Shown here in pieces: positions 25,901 to 39,300 of a stretch of DNA of 64,000 nucleotides; the stretch's first letter is position 1, and each line of letters begins with the position of its first letter. The DNA is taken from the NCBI GenBank assembly GCA_976226885.1, contig OZ320316.1, forward strand, positions 89,094,001 to 89,158,000, written 5' to 3'. A program made the translations under genes and the position numbers. The notes beneath the pieces are model-generated. The model worked only from the letters and a program-made list of their open reading frames with translations, did not search any database and had not been told where the DNA came from. Source of the stretch: Iphione sp. A-MEVVRFRX5. Lineage: Eukaryota.

Positions 25901-28900
25901 ACGAAAACGCCATTAGACAAGTGCTCTACTAAAGTTGCTGAGAGCCTCGCTCAGCATTCGGGTAGTATAACGAGGGAGATAAGATGCACATGTAGAGGTG
26001 CTAATGAGGTACCAGATACAATAATCAGAATGTCGTCAATGAAGAGACAAATTTTAAAAAAAGGTCGTTTCCTACGCTCCCTTGCCGATTATTTCTCATA
26101 TTATCATGTATATTATATATGTATATAACGATGTATAAAATTGTAAAATATACAAAAGGAAAATCTAAATCATGTATAGGGAGTATAAATGAACACGCGA
26201 TAACTTATTTGTACCGGTGACAATACAGGTTCTTTTAGAAATCTTTTAGAAAGCTTTCCGCAATGCAAACAGGTAAATATGTCTTTACCATGTGTGTTCC
26301 ACATGCGCGTGCCGTCAGATATGAGATTATGAGCGTGATGTGAAGAGTAGACACGACACAACGACGCACTTTCGCGTCTGCTTAGTTTTAGGTGTCGGAT
26401 GAGCACGATTTCTTCTTCATCCGTGTTGTACATTTGTGTCAGTCGTCATTAAAATTGATTATGCCACAGAAGGTTTCATCCGACCATCCGTGTGGATCTC
26501 ATAGATTTTTCTGCGGGTTTCCAGCAGATTTTAGAATAGAACGGACTTTTTAATTTGAAGCAAGGTACGAACACTGCTACAAAGGGGATTTGTCAGGTAA
26601 GCGTCGATGGAAGAATGTCTGCATGTAAAAGAGGACGCACCACATGACGTTACAGTTGCACGGTAAAGAAGGGCTCGGCCCTCATTTCAGTACTTTTGCT
26701 GTCCTTCCACAGCCAAATTACCTTTGATGGGAAGCATAAAATACGACAACCTAAGTCAAAACATGTTGTTCGCATTGAAAATCCATTCAAGACTGGGAAT
26801 TCGACAGATGTCAGTGTTCCCATGGAGACTATATAAAGCCCTCAATCATATTGAGGGAAAACCTCCAAATATGAGAGGGGAATACACGAAAGTATATGAT
26901 GTAGGACTAATGCACGTCATTTATAGTAAACCTGGAATTTGGAAGGAGCTGGCATCTCCATACTAATGAAACGGACGATGGGATATAAAGGTCAGGATGA
27001 ATATTATGCCTTGGTTCATGTGTATCGCATGAAGCTCTAAAGCAGTCCTCGCATCATCTGTATTGATTACTCTTTGCGCCTTAGCTGAAATGTTTACACT
27101 GTCAGTATGGCATCAGTCAGCGAATCATTAGGAAACGTTACTTTGGAACTGTTGTAAATATTTGGGAGGTAGCGGTCATACCAGAGATGAGCTAATTATA
27201 TATAGGTACCTTCTATATACTTAAGACCACCATTGGAGGTGGGAATGAAAACATATGATGCCACAAATCGGGTAGTAGAGCGCCTGTGTACACATGCATA
27301 AACATACCGTCACCTTACCATTGCCAAACTGTTTGGTTAACGTGAATACCTGAATAGAAATCCTACGTTAGGAAAAACGCTGTATGAGGCACATTTTGTT
27401 GAAATGGCTATTTAGTCAAATTACGAATATATAACACCTGAGTCCCCTGTATACATTCACATGTTAATGGCCCTCCATAAAAAGGTGAATCAGCTTCGTC
27501 ATCTCCCGCACGATGCAAGGTAGGGTCAGGTGAGGCAGGTTAGAGTAGCAAACGGTATCAGCTTCCAAGGATCGAATACAGCACTCTATAATTTGTACAT
27601 AACTCTTTTTAATTACCACTACTCAGAACACTTTCTGAATGGTAAAAACATTTTTTCAAATATTACTTTCGATTCAAAAAGGGTTTCTGACCAAGGTGAA
27701 CCTGAAGTAGGTGCTGAGAATTGGTCAGTTGATAATCACTAAGCCTGAACAGTCTGATGAGAGAGGAAGGATTCTTTTTGAGGGTGATGGGTAGGGGTAG
27801 ATTAGAGAGGAATAACGAATTGAATTACAAGCTGATAGACACTAGTAAAGGACTTGAGATTTCAGTAAGAAAACAAAGGTTTTAGGGTTATGGTGTTGGA
27901 GTTAGCAGCTCAGGGGAAAACGTTAGTGGCCTCAAAGATGAAAAGGAAATGGGCGCCAGTGTCAAGGACGTAGTCGAAACCTCGATAGGGAGACAGTACT
28001 CACATGTAAGTTACCTTAACGTCAAGCCCTTGGTTAGAAACAGGAAAACGGGAACTGAAAATCTAACACTAGTTAAGATATAAAGGATGTATGTATCGCC
28101 ATACTTAAAGTGAACGCTGAATCTAGGTTTTAAATCATATCGATTTTAAGTGAATACATTAGTCTTGAAATTTGAATTGTAATATGTCTGAATTGCATTA
28201 AATGGCATTGCTACAGGATTTTTGTATTTCCACAGCAATACCGTTTGGTATAGTCAGAGTAGTATAGATAAGTTCATCTTGATGAATAATCGCATACTGA
28301 TCACCTGATCACTAGATTGGCTTCCTCTACAGGCGCACAAGCCTAATACATGCAATGATAATTTTGTGATATTAAGGGCCTCAGTGGTCCTGACTCCCCG
28401 GATGTTTTATAAACTGTCTGATATAGTTTTGTTTATAATGCAAACCATCAACAGTAAATACCTTCACTCTATGTAATGCTATGAGGGGGGCATTATATAC
28501 ATTTATGTGGGGATAAAGAATTTTTAAAGTGAAAAATGGTGCAAGACTCATAGTAATTTGGTTTAAGTAACAGAGTTTTGGGGGACCGTTATGCGTGGGA
28601 TGACTTCTGAGTGTTATACTGTACTTAAACATATGTGACATGTGGTATGGCTTTATATGGCTTCAACTTTGATCCACCCCTCGCTCCGCTACTTCCACGA
28701 CAATCCGCACCTGAAGGATCAGTCTGGAACCGATCACCTCAAAGTCAAAGAGGCGGAGGAATTCGTCCAAGACAGATGGATGAGGGAAGGTGACCAAGAT
28801 TTCCAGAGAAATATAAGCAACATCTAGCCGATCCCACCCTTTAATCAGGAAGATCCAGGCTAAACAGCTTCGATTTTTACCTGACTCTCGCCAGCCAAAG

Positions 28901-31900
28901 TAAGAGTCCCAGCCCTAAAGTAAAAGTAACCTGAGAATTAACAGTGAAAGATCGAACAGAAGCTGAACAGAGCCAGTAAAAGAACATGTATAAGGAGTCA
29001 TTTCAAGATCAGTTGATTGACCTGCTTTTCACGTAATGGAAAATTTGCATCTTCCTCCGCTGTAATGCCACTGGTATGGAGAAAGAACTTCAAGACTATA
29101 TCAATTTCAAAGACGTTGGCATCAGAAACTCCCTCAAGTGCCTTTATAGAAAGAGACATCACTTCTTGGGCGGTGTTGAGGATAACCAACCGACAACCAC
29201 AGACCTAGGGAAGGCAATTCTGATGTTGAGGCATGCCAGTTAGAACCTCCCAGAACAATCCAGAGATGCTGGCACTGTATTAGCATTCTACCTTCCATGT
29301 ACCAGACTCCTGGTAGAAATGAGGATAATATGTCTTCTTTCCTAGCTCGAAAACATCTCGGGAGAACTGGGCGATAAGGCCATGTGTGTAAAAGAGTACA
29401 GCAGCTAGTGATGTAGTAGGGAAACATGACCACTATTCTCACGCGAGTGCCTCCCACAAAGGGTCCAGACAACGAGAATGAGAATGAATAGGAAGAGGAG
29501 GAGAATTACGAGAGAGAGGAGGACAGGGGAACTAATTGCGAGGGATATGCGCCAGTCTGTCAGATTCTGTGAAGACAAGAACCATTGTACAACTGTCCAA
29601 TTCCTCTAAACTTGTCCATTAGATAATCATAAATTAATGGGGAGTTAAGTTGACTGTTCAGTCTTAGTAGTCTGCTCTGGAGTAAATGCGGAGGGATTGA
29701 TATGCCTATTCTCCGCAATTCAGTTTGCTTTGACCAACGTGTTGCTAATGATAGCTATTCTTAACAGCCTGATAACCCACGAGATAATGCTTACCGCGAG
29801 CAGGTTGTACATATTTTTAAAAGTGAAAAAATCAAATATGTTCGCGTTATATTAATATTTGGAGGGAATTGAACCCTGTTTTTTTTAAATTCTTCCCTTT
29901 ATTTACGTCTATGTTCGCTGTCAAATAAATGAATTTGTTAGAATCATATCACTAGTCCCTATGAGGTGCCGATACGCAGACCGATGTACGACAAAGGCCG
30001 TGCGAAGTGGCAAGAGCTGCTGCTTAACTAACGGATTGGTGCAAAATAACGGGTAATGTTTAACACGTTGACAACTTCCGCTGGCCACGGAGGAGCCGGT
30101 GTCCTCGGCATAAAATTGACTTTGAAAGAATTGCCTCTTGCTATGAAAAATTGCTGGCCTAATCAAGCTGCCTCGAAAGACCAAGCGTTTCAATGCAATG
30201 TTTACACGGCCTCGGGCATCCGTTTGATTTAACTTTGTGTTTACTGTAGTGATTACTCGATTCAATTTTCCATTCAATGTTTGGAAATATGGACTAATTC
30301 ATTCTCCATCAGTATGCTTATTGTGAGACGTTCAGGGACAATTTAAAGGATTCTTCAATTAGGAAGGAAGATCTCCTGCACGCGAAACTCGGTCCTGAAA
30401 AGAATAGATTATGTTAGTGGACACAATAGGGCTCTTATCGCGGGGTTTACAAAAAAAGCTATTTTCTTCGCAAATACAGTTATCCTTTCGAATTTCAATT
30501 ACTTCCTGTAGTAGGCCATTCATTCCAGAGGTCGACTCAAGCATACGTGCAGCATGAGGGCATTTATTCCTTGGGAGGAACCATAGTATTCTGCACATTT
30601 ATTCAATCATCCATATATGGATAAAGTAGCCCCTCCAAACTGTAAGCATTTACTTTCTCGCCGTGTCACATATAATGAAAAGTTGCTCACGGATGTATGG
30701 GTCAGAGGACTTATCGAGGGAGGTTTACACGACCGAATCTGGCGTGCCCATAAAATGTGTACTTCAAGCCTGCATATGGAGATGTTTGGGAGCTTGGCCA
30801 CGTAGAGAATCACCGTCCTTGCTCGTCTGCCTGAGATTTGATGCCATTTATGGCGACTATGTAAATATTAGCTACAATGTCGAACGGGCTCTGATCGCAT
30901 CAAACTCCCTGCGTCAGGAATCTTCTATTCAAGCCGTGGTCGTTGACGGACAAAGGTCCGTGGAATTTACTGGTAGTGGAGAGTGGAGGTGGCCACTTTT
31001 TAGCACGTCTGGAGGCGACCGAAGTCTATTTATGGCGGAAAGAGAGTCAGGTAAAACGACAGCACTTGCCTGGGCCATTTCTGATGTTGTGAAGGGCGTC
31101 TAGCGATGAATCCGTGCTGCATGCTGTCCGTCAATGTCAGCAATATTTCCAGACGGCAGGAATATGGATTGCACATTTCCAAGGGTGTCAGCTGATATGA
31201 GAATATACGATTTATTCAAGTATCTTACCTTTCAAACAATTTAACTTCCTTTTGTTTGATGTATGAAACGTTGGAATTCAACGATTCTTGCAAGCTGCTC
31301 TTGTTCTCATGCTAGATAGAAGGGCAATTAACGGTGTTTGCAAAACTTAATGGCTGACCTGTGGAGATTTTAGATGAACCAAGCACATTGCCTCTTTAGA
31401 ATAAGTAATCTTGTTCGATCGGTGCCAAGAATGCTTGATTTAAGGTGCATAACATACAGTTGGTAAAGGAAATATAATTGAATGCGACCACACCTGATTG
31501 GGAATGGTACTTAATATGCCCAACAGCTGGCACAGGCTATTCAGTGTGATGAGATGGAGGTAATATTACAGCAACTTGTCAACTACCAGACACACATCCT
31601 ACAATAAGATACGCGGTAAGGGCGGCACGGTTACCTAGTGTCCTTCATTAATTACATGTTTCTATGCGTATAGAATCATTCTAGATTTTTCGAACAAAAT
31701 AGCTGTGCCCCACAATGTACATATAGCTTGTATCATTGACTGCATATACATGTAGGGGTTTTTCTTGAGAGGGACTCGAGTTAAATGACAATTAATGTAC
31801 CTGTATTTCTCAGAATGGAAATTTGACTCCTACTAGACGAGTGATACATATCACTTATAAGCTTACAGGAAAAACCTGTCTGATCAAGAGCATACGTCGA

Positions 31901-32251
31901 TACCCTGGGGGGATGCTGCATGACCGCACCAAAGCCACTTGTACCACTACCGACTTGCAGGCATTCCATGCACAGATTTCATATTTCTACTGTACTGTTG
32001 CACCCTAAAGGACTACCGACAGAGACTGAGGTCTTGAATACTTGAAAATTCAGAGTAAGTTCAATCGGCAAGACAGAGATATGACACAAACTGGTGACAG
32101 CATGAATTGGCGATGGTGTGAATTGGTTATGCCTCGAAGAATGCTGCACCTCGCTCTCCAGGAGCTGATGGCGTGGGACATGACTTGCTGTTTTTGCCAA
32201 TATAGAGTATACAGCAAACATCCTTCATGCCAAAGATTCGAAGATGACTGA

Positions 32252-32268
32252 ATATATATATATATATA
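32252..32268. repeat. (AT)n microsatellite
   Basis: ATATATATATATATATA. Confidence 0.9.
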
Positions 32269-33181
32269 CGGAATCTTAGTCCTAAAATGGTTTAGATTTC
32301 TCAAAGTATTGACAAAAAGCCGTATACATTCGAACAACATAGAATAATCGGCTGTAGATAAATATTTTACCACTTCGTTCAATAGGATCGTACTTCCTTG
32401 CTGCACCGACTTTGTCAAAAGATGTATAATATTTTCTAGAACTTTTACCATATGCGGGTTCCGATGTATAACGCGTGTGAGTAAGGTTTAAAACCCATAA
32501 AGTTCCCTCCTGTCCAACATCCAAACGGTTGGGCTACCAACCATGCATGTGGAAAACACCATGCCTTGTCCATAGTACGTGTTCCAATATTCATTACACT
32601 ACGTACGAAATTCATATCTCCACGAGGTCAGTTGAGCGAGCCTTCAAAATGTACAGCTGGTCAGGAAGGCATATATTCTATGTAAGTGATAGAATTAAGT
32701 TTTCTATAGATACAAATAACATTGACCTATGTTTCGTAGCAACTGAACATGGTTATATTTAAGTACATGTTCCTTGGATAGCGTGCACAAATCAATATCT
32801 TTCATCCTTACAAAAGAGGCTGGCCATTGTGCTGTTGTTGTGTTGCACCCCATGTATATCAGTACGATTACTCTATTGTGAGTGGTAACTATGCAGCTGT
32901 ATGTCTTTTCATGTCCATGACATGTAGTCTTTGTTCAGACTCTGAATCTCACACCCAAATAGCAATGTATGAAAGTGTCATTATTTAGGTGTCTGCTGCT
33001 ACTCCAGATTATCCGTGATAGGCAGACCGACAGGGAAGCGAAGGCCCAGATCATGCAAAAAAGGGAATCAATCATAGTGAAACCATCATTCATCATAAAG
33101 AACCCAAACCTGATCTATACAGTGTTTGTATATCACTGAGCCTTGATCTCATCACTGAAATAGCTTCGACAACTCCTATGC

Positions 33182-33357
33182 AATGACCCGATCGCCAGCA
33201 GTTAAAGTAACGGGTACTGCGGAAGTGACTTTTACGTAATTGTGACATTGTTGCAATTTTAAGCAATCTGATTGGCTGATTCGCCTCATGACATAATAAT
33301 TCGGAAAATGTTACGTCCGCAATACCAGTTACTTTAACCGCTGGCGATCGGCTCATT
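33182..33357. repeat. 176-bp imperfect palindrome / MITE-like foldback
   Basis: Arms 33182-33229 and 33310-33357 are reverse complements at 42 of 48 positions. Confidence 0.85.
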
Positions 33358-36300
33358 TTTTCCGATTTGTCACAGGTAATGCCCCATAAGGTAATACCGT
33401 TATACGAAGAATTCGCATATTTTATTACCTTCTTGTAGAATACGACTCCTTGAGCTCTTTAAGTGAACGCGCACTAACTCCTTTGGGGTGCAGATGATTA
33501 AGGTTTTGCAAATACAGTTATTTTGTCAGTTGTAGAGACTTTTGTCCTTATACTGTTGACAAAAAATGGATATGGTCGCCATTATGTAAAGCAATCAAAG
33601 CTACTGTATAAGCTCGATCGACACTGTGTTTTACAAGACGTGTCCATGTCATGCCACCTCCCTCTTCTCCTTTGGAAGATGGGGTCATAAAGAGCGATAC
33701 ATTTGATTGCATGCCCCTGATTTTCAGTGCGTAGTCACAGTCACACAGACCTCGGTACATATATAGAAACGATACCATCATGATAAATACCATGATACAC
33801 AGAAAAGCTTGCAACGGAGACACGCATACATGCGCATGGAGGCGTGGTCGAAATGTTGATTGTGTGGGAATAAGTTAATGAAATATGATGTGAATTCGCC
33901 GTCACGAATGGAGTTGTTCGACATGCCTTATTGCTATTTTATACCTGTATATTCATGTTTCATTGCATATTCCATACCAGTAACCTCCGGTGATGGGTAC
34001 CCTTAAACATCTGTGATTTATACGTTATGTCAACTGTGACAGGTTTTTATGCAAACATAAGATTTGATGGTCGAAAAGAGATGCATTTCTTACTTGTGTT
34101 GCAACAGAAACAAAGTATCAAGCAGGAATACAGTTTTGCCATTGTCAAATTACGGAACCAAACGAAGGCCTAGGACGTCGATTGGAGAAGAGACTCTATT
34201 GCATGATAACTATCCTCTATGGAAACATGTTCTATTCGAGTCGGTAGTAAATGTCTGCCGTTTGCATGACTTGCACCGGCCCATGCATTGCGATGATCGC
34301 CTGTTTTAGCAGCTGATTAGAAGCTCATGCCCTTCGGGGACATTTATCTCAAGTGAATCGGGCGAGTTTGGGTATTACTGTCATGGAAAGCACAGAACTT
34401 ATCTATCCCCCGTATGGACCCAAACAACCGTATGTTTTCTGACATGTATTTCGGTGATAGGGACATCCAATGTCTCAACCATCTCTGCATGCCTGAAAGG
34501 ATAGTCTTGGACCCATAGACGGCAGGGCCCCACTTTGATTGCTGGGTGGTGTGCTAAGCTCAGGAATTGATGGCCCAAAGACAGGGGGGTTCCATTAACC
34601 GACGGATTCTGCGTTTCGTAGCGGGGCAGATCTGTAGGCGACTGTCTGATGTCACAGCCTACGCTTCACCTCTTTTGAAGTGCTGGAGACACTGAGCGTA
34701 CATTATGTCTTCGGACCCGCCCATGAAATCTTATCATTTTAGGGCTAGCCAAATGGATGTTGCCTCACAAATCGAACTACCTTGCTGAATAAGAACACTT
34801 CCCATTCGTCTCTAGTGTTTCATTCTCATAAAAACCAGGACAGTTTTTAGCATGCCAGGAACGTGCCTATCTATTCCGGAGACGGATTCGAACACTTAAC
34901 TCGATCTTTTTCTTTAGTAGCCACTGTCTCCTAGTGTTCGATTTATTTATTTAACAGTTGCAGTTAATGAGGCGGAATTATAATTTTGATTTGTGGCTCC
35001 TGCAGAAACGTTGTTCTGATTTTCAAATATGCTTTGTTCGTTTAAAGAGAGTAACCTTACTACATTTATGCAATAAAAATCACCTGGACATCGCTGAACA
35101 TAAAAAGGAGAACTTGACCTAGCCATGGCATTTCAAATGATGTACTTTAGCAGAAACCATCAATAGGTTACAAAGGAGTAGGTTAATCTAAAAATTCACT
35201 GACCCAGAACCCAAATATGAAATTACATATGTTAGGCCAAGGACAACGGTTCGATTGTGTTCATATTTATCTTTGACAAATCGCGTTATTAGTTATTCAT
35301 CCACTGGTCTTGATACGGGGGCATCATCTGGCTTGGCTTCCTCAGTACACCGCCAATACTGATTCACAGTGCCCCTATAGTCATGTGATCTCTTCATGCA
35401 TATCGGACTTTAGTGAAGGGATAGAGAACAGTATGGTAACTGATAGGCACGGAGGCAACTACCTTATTACTAGGCTACAGGTTGGATCATTTCGGCTCAG
35501 AGCAAGGTCCACCCTATGCTACTGCAGTCATGGCCTCATGAATACTAAGTACTTATATACGGTGCGACGCCATTAAATGTTCAGTGCCCTGGTATCCAAA
35601 TGTAGGGAAACTAAGTTGGTCAGAAATTGTTTTGGTTGATATAGTAAAGACCACGTTAGTCCTGCGAGAAGATAGATACCCAAATATATGCTACTCTCCT
35701 GGAGAAGAACGAATTGGATTGTTAAACATACGAAGTGACTAGCATGGACTATTTGGGACCGAATTGTAGGATATACATATACCTTAGTTCAGAATCTACT
35801 GTTTAATGATGGACAAACGTGTCTAAAATGAAATACAAACTGTAATCTCTGGTAACAAAATAGCACAAAGGAATCCGCATAATGCAGTATGCAGGTGTAA
35901 GCATCAGAATACATCAATAGGTAGAAAAAAAATTAAGGCTTTATTTCATCTATGGAAGTAGTATTACGAATCCATCACACTCGTTTTTCGCTTTGTTCCT
36001 AGTCCATGGATCTAGGAGTAATCATGGTATTGTGGCAAGACGATGTTAGTTGTATGTCATAGTCTCTGACGTGCTAACAGAAAACATTATTTCAGTAACA
36101 CACACGCCGCTTCCACCTGTTAGGCATGTCTGCCTGCATAAATAGCTCACACTAAGGCTACTTGTTGAATTGTCAAGACACCATTATCTTGAGATAATGG
36201 AAATCTGAAAGAGATGGAGGAATATTCATTTCATTGGTATATGCAGTAAGGTACTTGTTGTGTGCATCGTGTATCGTGTATAGGTATATTAAAATAATTA

Positions 36301-39300
36301 TATTGCCAAAGAATTATTTTGGGAAATTTGTTTACAGAATCATACATTTAGATTTATATAATCTGACAACATCAGCAAAGATTGCTTCCTGGTAACCGAC
36401 CTGAGGCATCCATAACGGAGTGTTTGCAGAACCAGTAAAATCGGCGTAGTGAGGGCACAGCTACCAAACAGATTGAACTGTACCTTATGGTAACAAAATA
36501 TATAATACTTTGCACAAAACGCCAAACTAACTGCTTTTCATCAATCTCATCTAAATATCCTCCGGCCAAAAAATCAAAACTAAATGCAAAAAGAAATATT
36601 ATGGTTAGAATCGTCTGTTTCATAAGTTAAAAGCACATGGAAGCCAATATTTTGCCTGTCTCCTCTCCCTGTATTTATGTCATTCAAGTGGTAACATTGC
36701 TCTGTCCTCTAGACATGTGGGTGTTTCCTCCTTTTGTACACCCTGGAGGGTGTCTGCTTCAGAAATACTACGGTGGATGTCTGTTATAGATAAGCGACAA
36801 TAATTTGGTCTATCTCCGGCGGACGTGTAATATCACAGGTAATTGCTTAAAGGTTTATATTTATATAAAAATGGTTGTTAAGGGCTCTCAGCAAATTGTC
36901 CCATGTAACGCAAGCATTATTAATCCTGAAAGAAAACTTGATATGTAGTAACGGGTAGTGTTGGCATTCAAGCATCATATAAGCAGAGCGAGTATAACGT
37001 AAAATAGGAGAAAGCCATTTGCAATTTCTAGTTACATTGCCAGAAGACTTATTATATTACCAGGAAAAAAATACAGATGCATACGTTCACATACTGTTTC
37101 ACCATGTTATAATGTTTTTGTTCCGAAAGACATATCCTTAATCATTTGTGCTGAGTTCCTACCTATAATCTCTTCATCCAGTATTGCTCCTGCTCTTTTT
37201 AAGTTGCGAATGCTATTAGATTGTGCCCTTGTGCATATTTTTGGCGGTTAGCGTTGTAGTAGCGGTGGAAGGGAGAAAAGTCCCTTTGGTCAGCTTTAGT
37301 GAGAATAAAATGTTCGAATGGGCTGATTTTCACAATGCTTCGTTTCTTCCATGGATAAAAGCATTTTGGGTGAAAAAGTATAAAATGAATTCATACATTT
37401 TACTGTATAATTTTTAAAAGAAAGTACAATACAAAATAGCGGTCAGATATACATAACTTCACTTTGAATAAATTTTGAATCATTGTATAAAGCCTCACAT
37501 TTCCGTGTATATCAGCTGCCTTAGGTATTTGTATAGGGTTAATCAATATTACTAAAACGACAAACGCAGAAGCAGCTATTTATTGCATCGCATCATAAGA
37601 GCAACTGTCACATAAAACCCAACCCATGATGGTTGGCTGTGTCTTTGAAACCTGGAAATTTTATGGCAAAATTCGTTCCATACCTTAACTGAGAAGATAA
37701 AGAAAAGCAGTGAATAGGGCTCACATATGTGCTCGCTTAAAATATATGCATGATATTAAAAGTGCATAGTTAATGCACCAAACCTGTTTTAATCAGGACG
37801 GATATACTTTCAGTCGGCGATTACACGGACAGGTAATTTACTTCAAAGGAGCAGAAAGATGGGTGTCAATATCAAAGGTACGCGCGTGCCAGAGAGAAAG
37901 AATATCTACAGCTAACATCAGCACGTCTGTCGCCTTGGGAGCCAGCCCGAGTGAGCCGCTGGCCTTTCATCGGGCGAACATCAGCCACGAAATTCAGTAG
38001 GCCTGTCGCTCTATGCAAATGTGCCGGGTCCCCGTTATCTCTAAGGATGAGGCTTTATCGTTATCTTCACAGTCTCCTTATCTACACTTCTTCATCCTTC
38101 CTGCTGTGTCAGTTGATGCTAAGATACATCTGCGCGCATGGGGTTATTCTCTGCCCTCGGTTGTTGGCCGTGATTGCAGTCGGTGACAGACTCTTGTCTT
38201 TTTGGATACGATCAGCAGTAGGATCAATAAAAAAAGAGGCGTTAATCCCAAGGGTTGGATCATTGCGCAGGGAGGATGGCTAGGTATTAGCACCCCGAAT
38301 GTGTGTGTGTGTGATTTCTGGAAGGCACCGGACGCAGCAGCGCTGACAGTGGCAACCAGGGGGCTCTAGCAGCGCAGGAGGCAGCTGCCAGCAAGTCACA
38401 GGCACCCGGGTGTGTAATGATATTAGGCCAGCCCAGAGCTGGTCGGACAATGAAGCAATTGACAAGCCAATACATGCCACGATCCCAGATATCAGAGATC
38501 TGTTGCCGCATCGATGCAGGGATCGAGGTGATGAGAATACACGACCACGTCCGTCAGAGGCGGGCCCTTACAAACCAGACCCGTTTAACATGCGCCAACC
38601 TAAGTCACTGTCAGCCATCAGTAATGGTTGCACACCCTCACAGCCAATAATTGACTGGAAGCTATGCGATCCAACGCAAAGTCCCGCTTTTGGCCGATTG
38701 ACGACTCCATACGCAGTAAGCGTCCTGGACATTGAGTAGAATCTACCTTGATCTCCTGTCAATGTAACACTTTATTCTAACTGATTTTATTCTGAAGGAA
38801 ATGTGAGTGTACAGACCATTGTTTCAAAGGTTAAGGTATGGATAATTCGAATAAATATACCTTTATAATTTACCCGGCTACTAAAATGAATAGCCTGCTG
38901 TTCGTTTATAATTGTGCTATTTTGTCATTTTTAACAGTATGTATTGGGGAAATTTATATACATGTATAGCTACATATGTATATAATTTATGTGTATGTAA
39001 ATCTAACTGTGTCGTAATAAACCACTTCTTATTGTTACTTTACAAATCACCATGGACTTTCAGAACATCAGTAAGCTGAATTTCTAAGATACTTTCTCCG
39101 TTCTCTTCTACTTTTAAAGAACGGATCACCGCGTGTTGATTATCGCCTTCCCTAAACATTATCTGTCTTGATGACATTTCCCTCGCCTCTCGGTGCGAAT
39201 CATGTTTGATGGCTGTCACAAAAAGATTTCGCTAACCTTATTTGGGTTGAGTGATTGTGCTACTGGTATGGGGCAAAGAACTCTACATAGCTGAGATGAA

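Noticed and set aside
30663-31103. ORF with an ESGKTT Walker-A-like motif
   Set aside because: The first Gly of GxxxxGKT is missing, the ORF stops 13 codons later and there is no Walker B.
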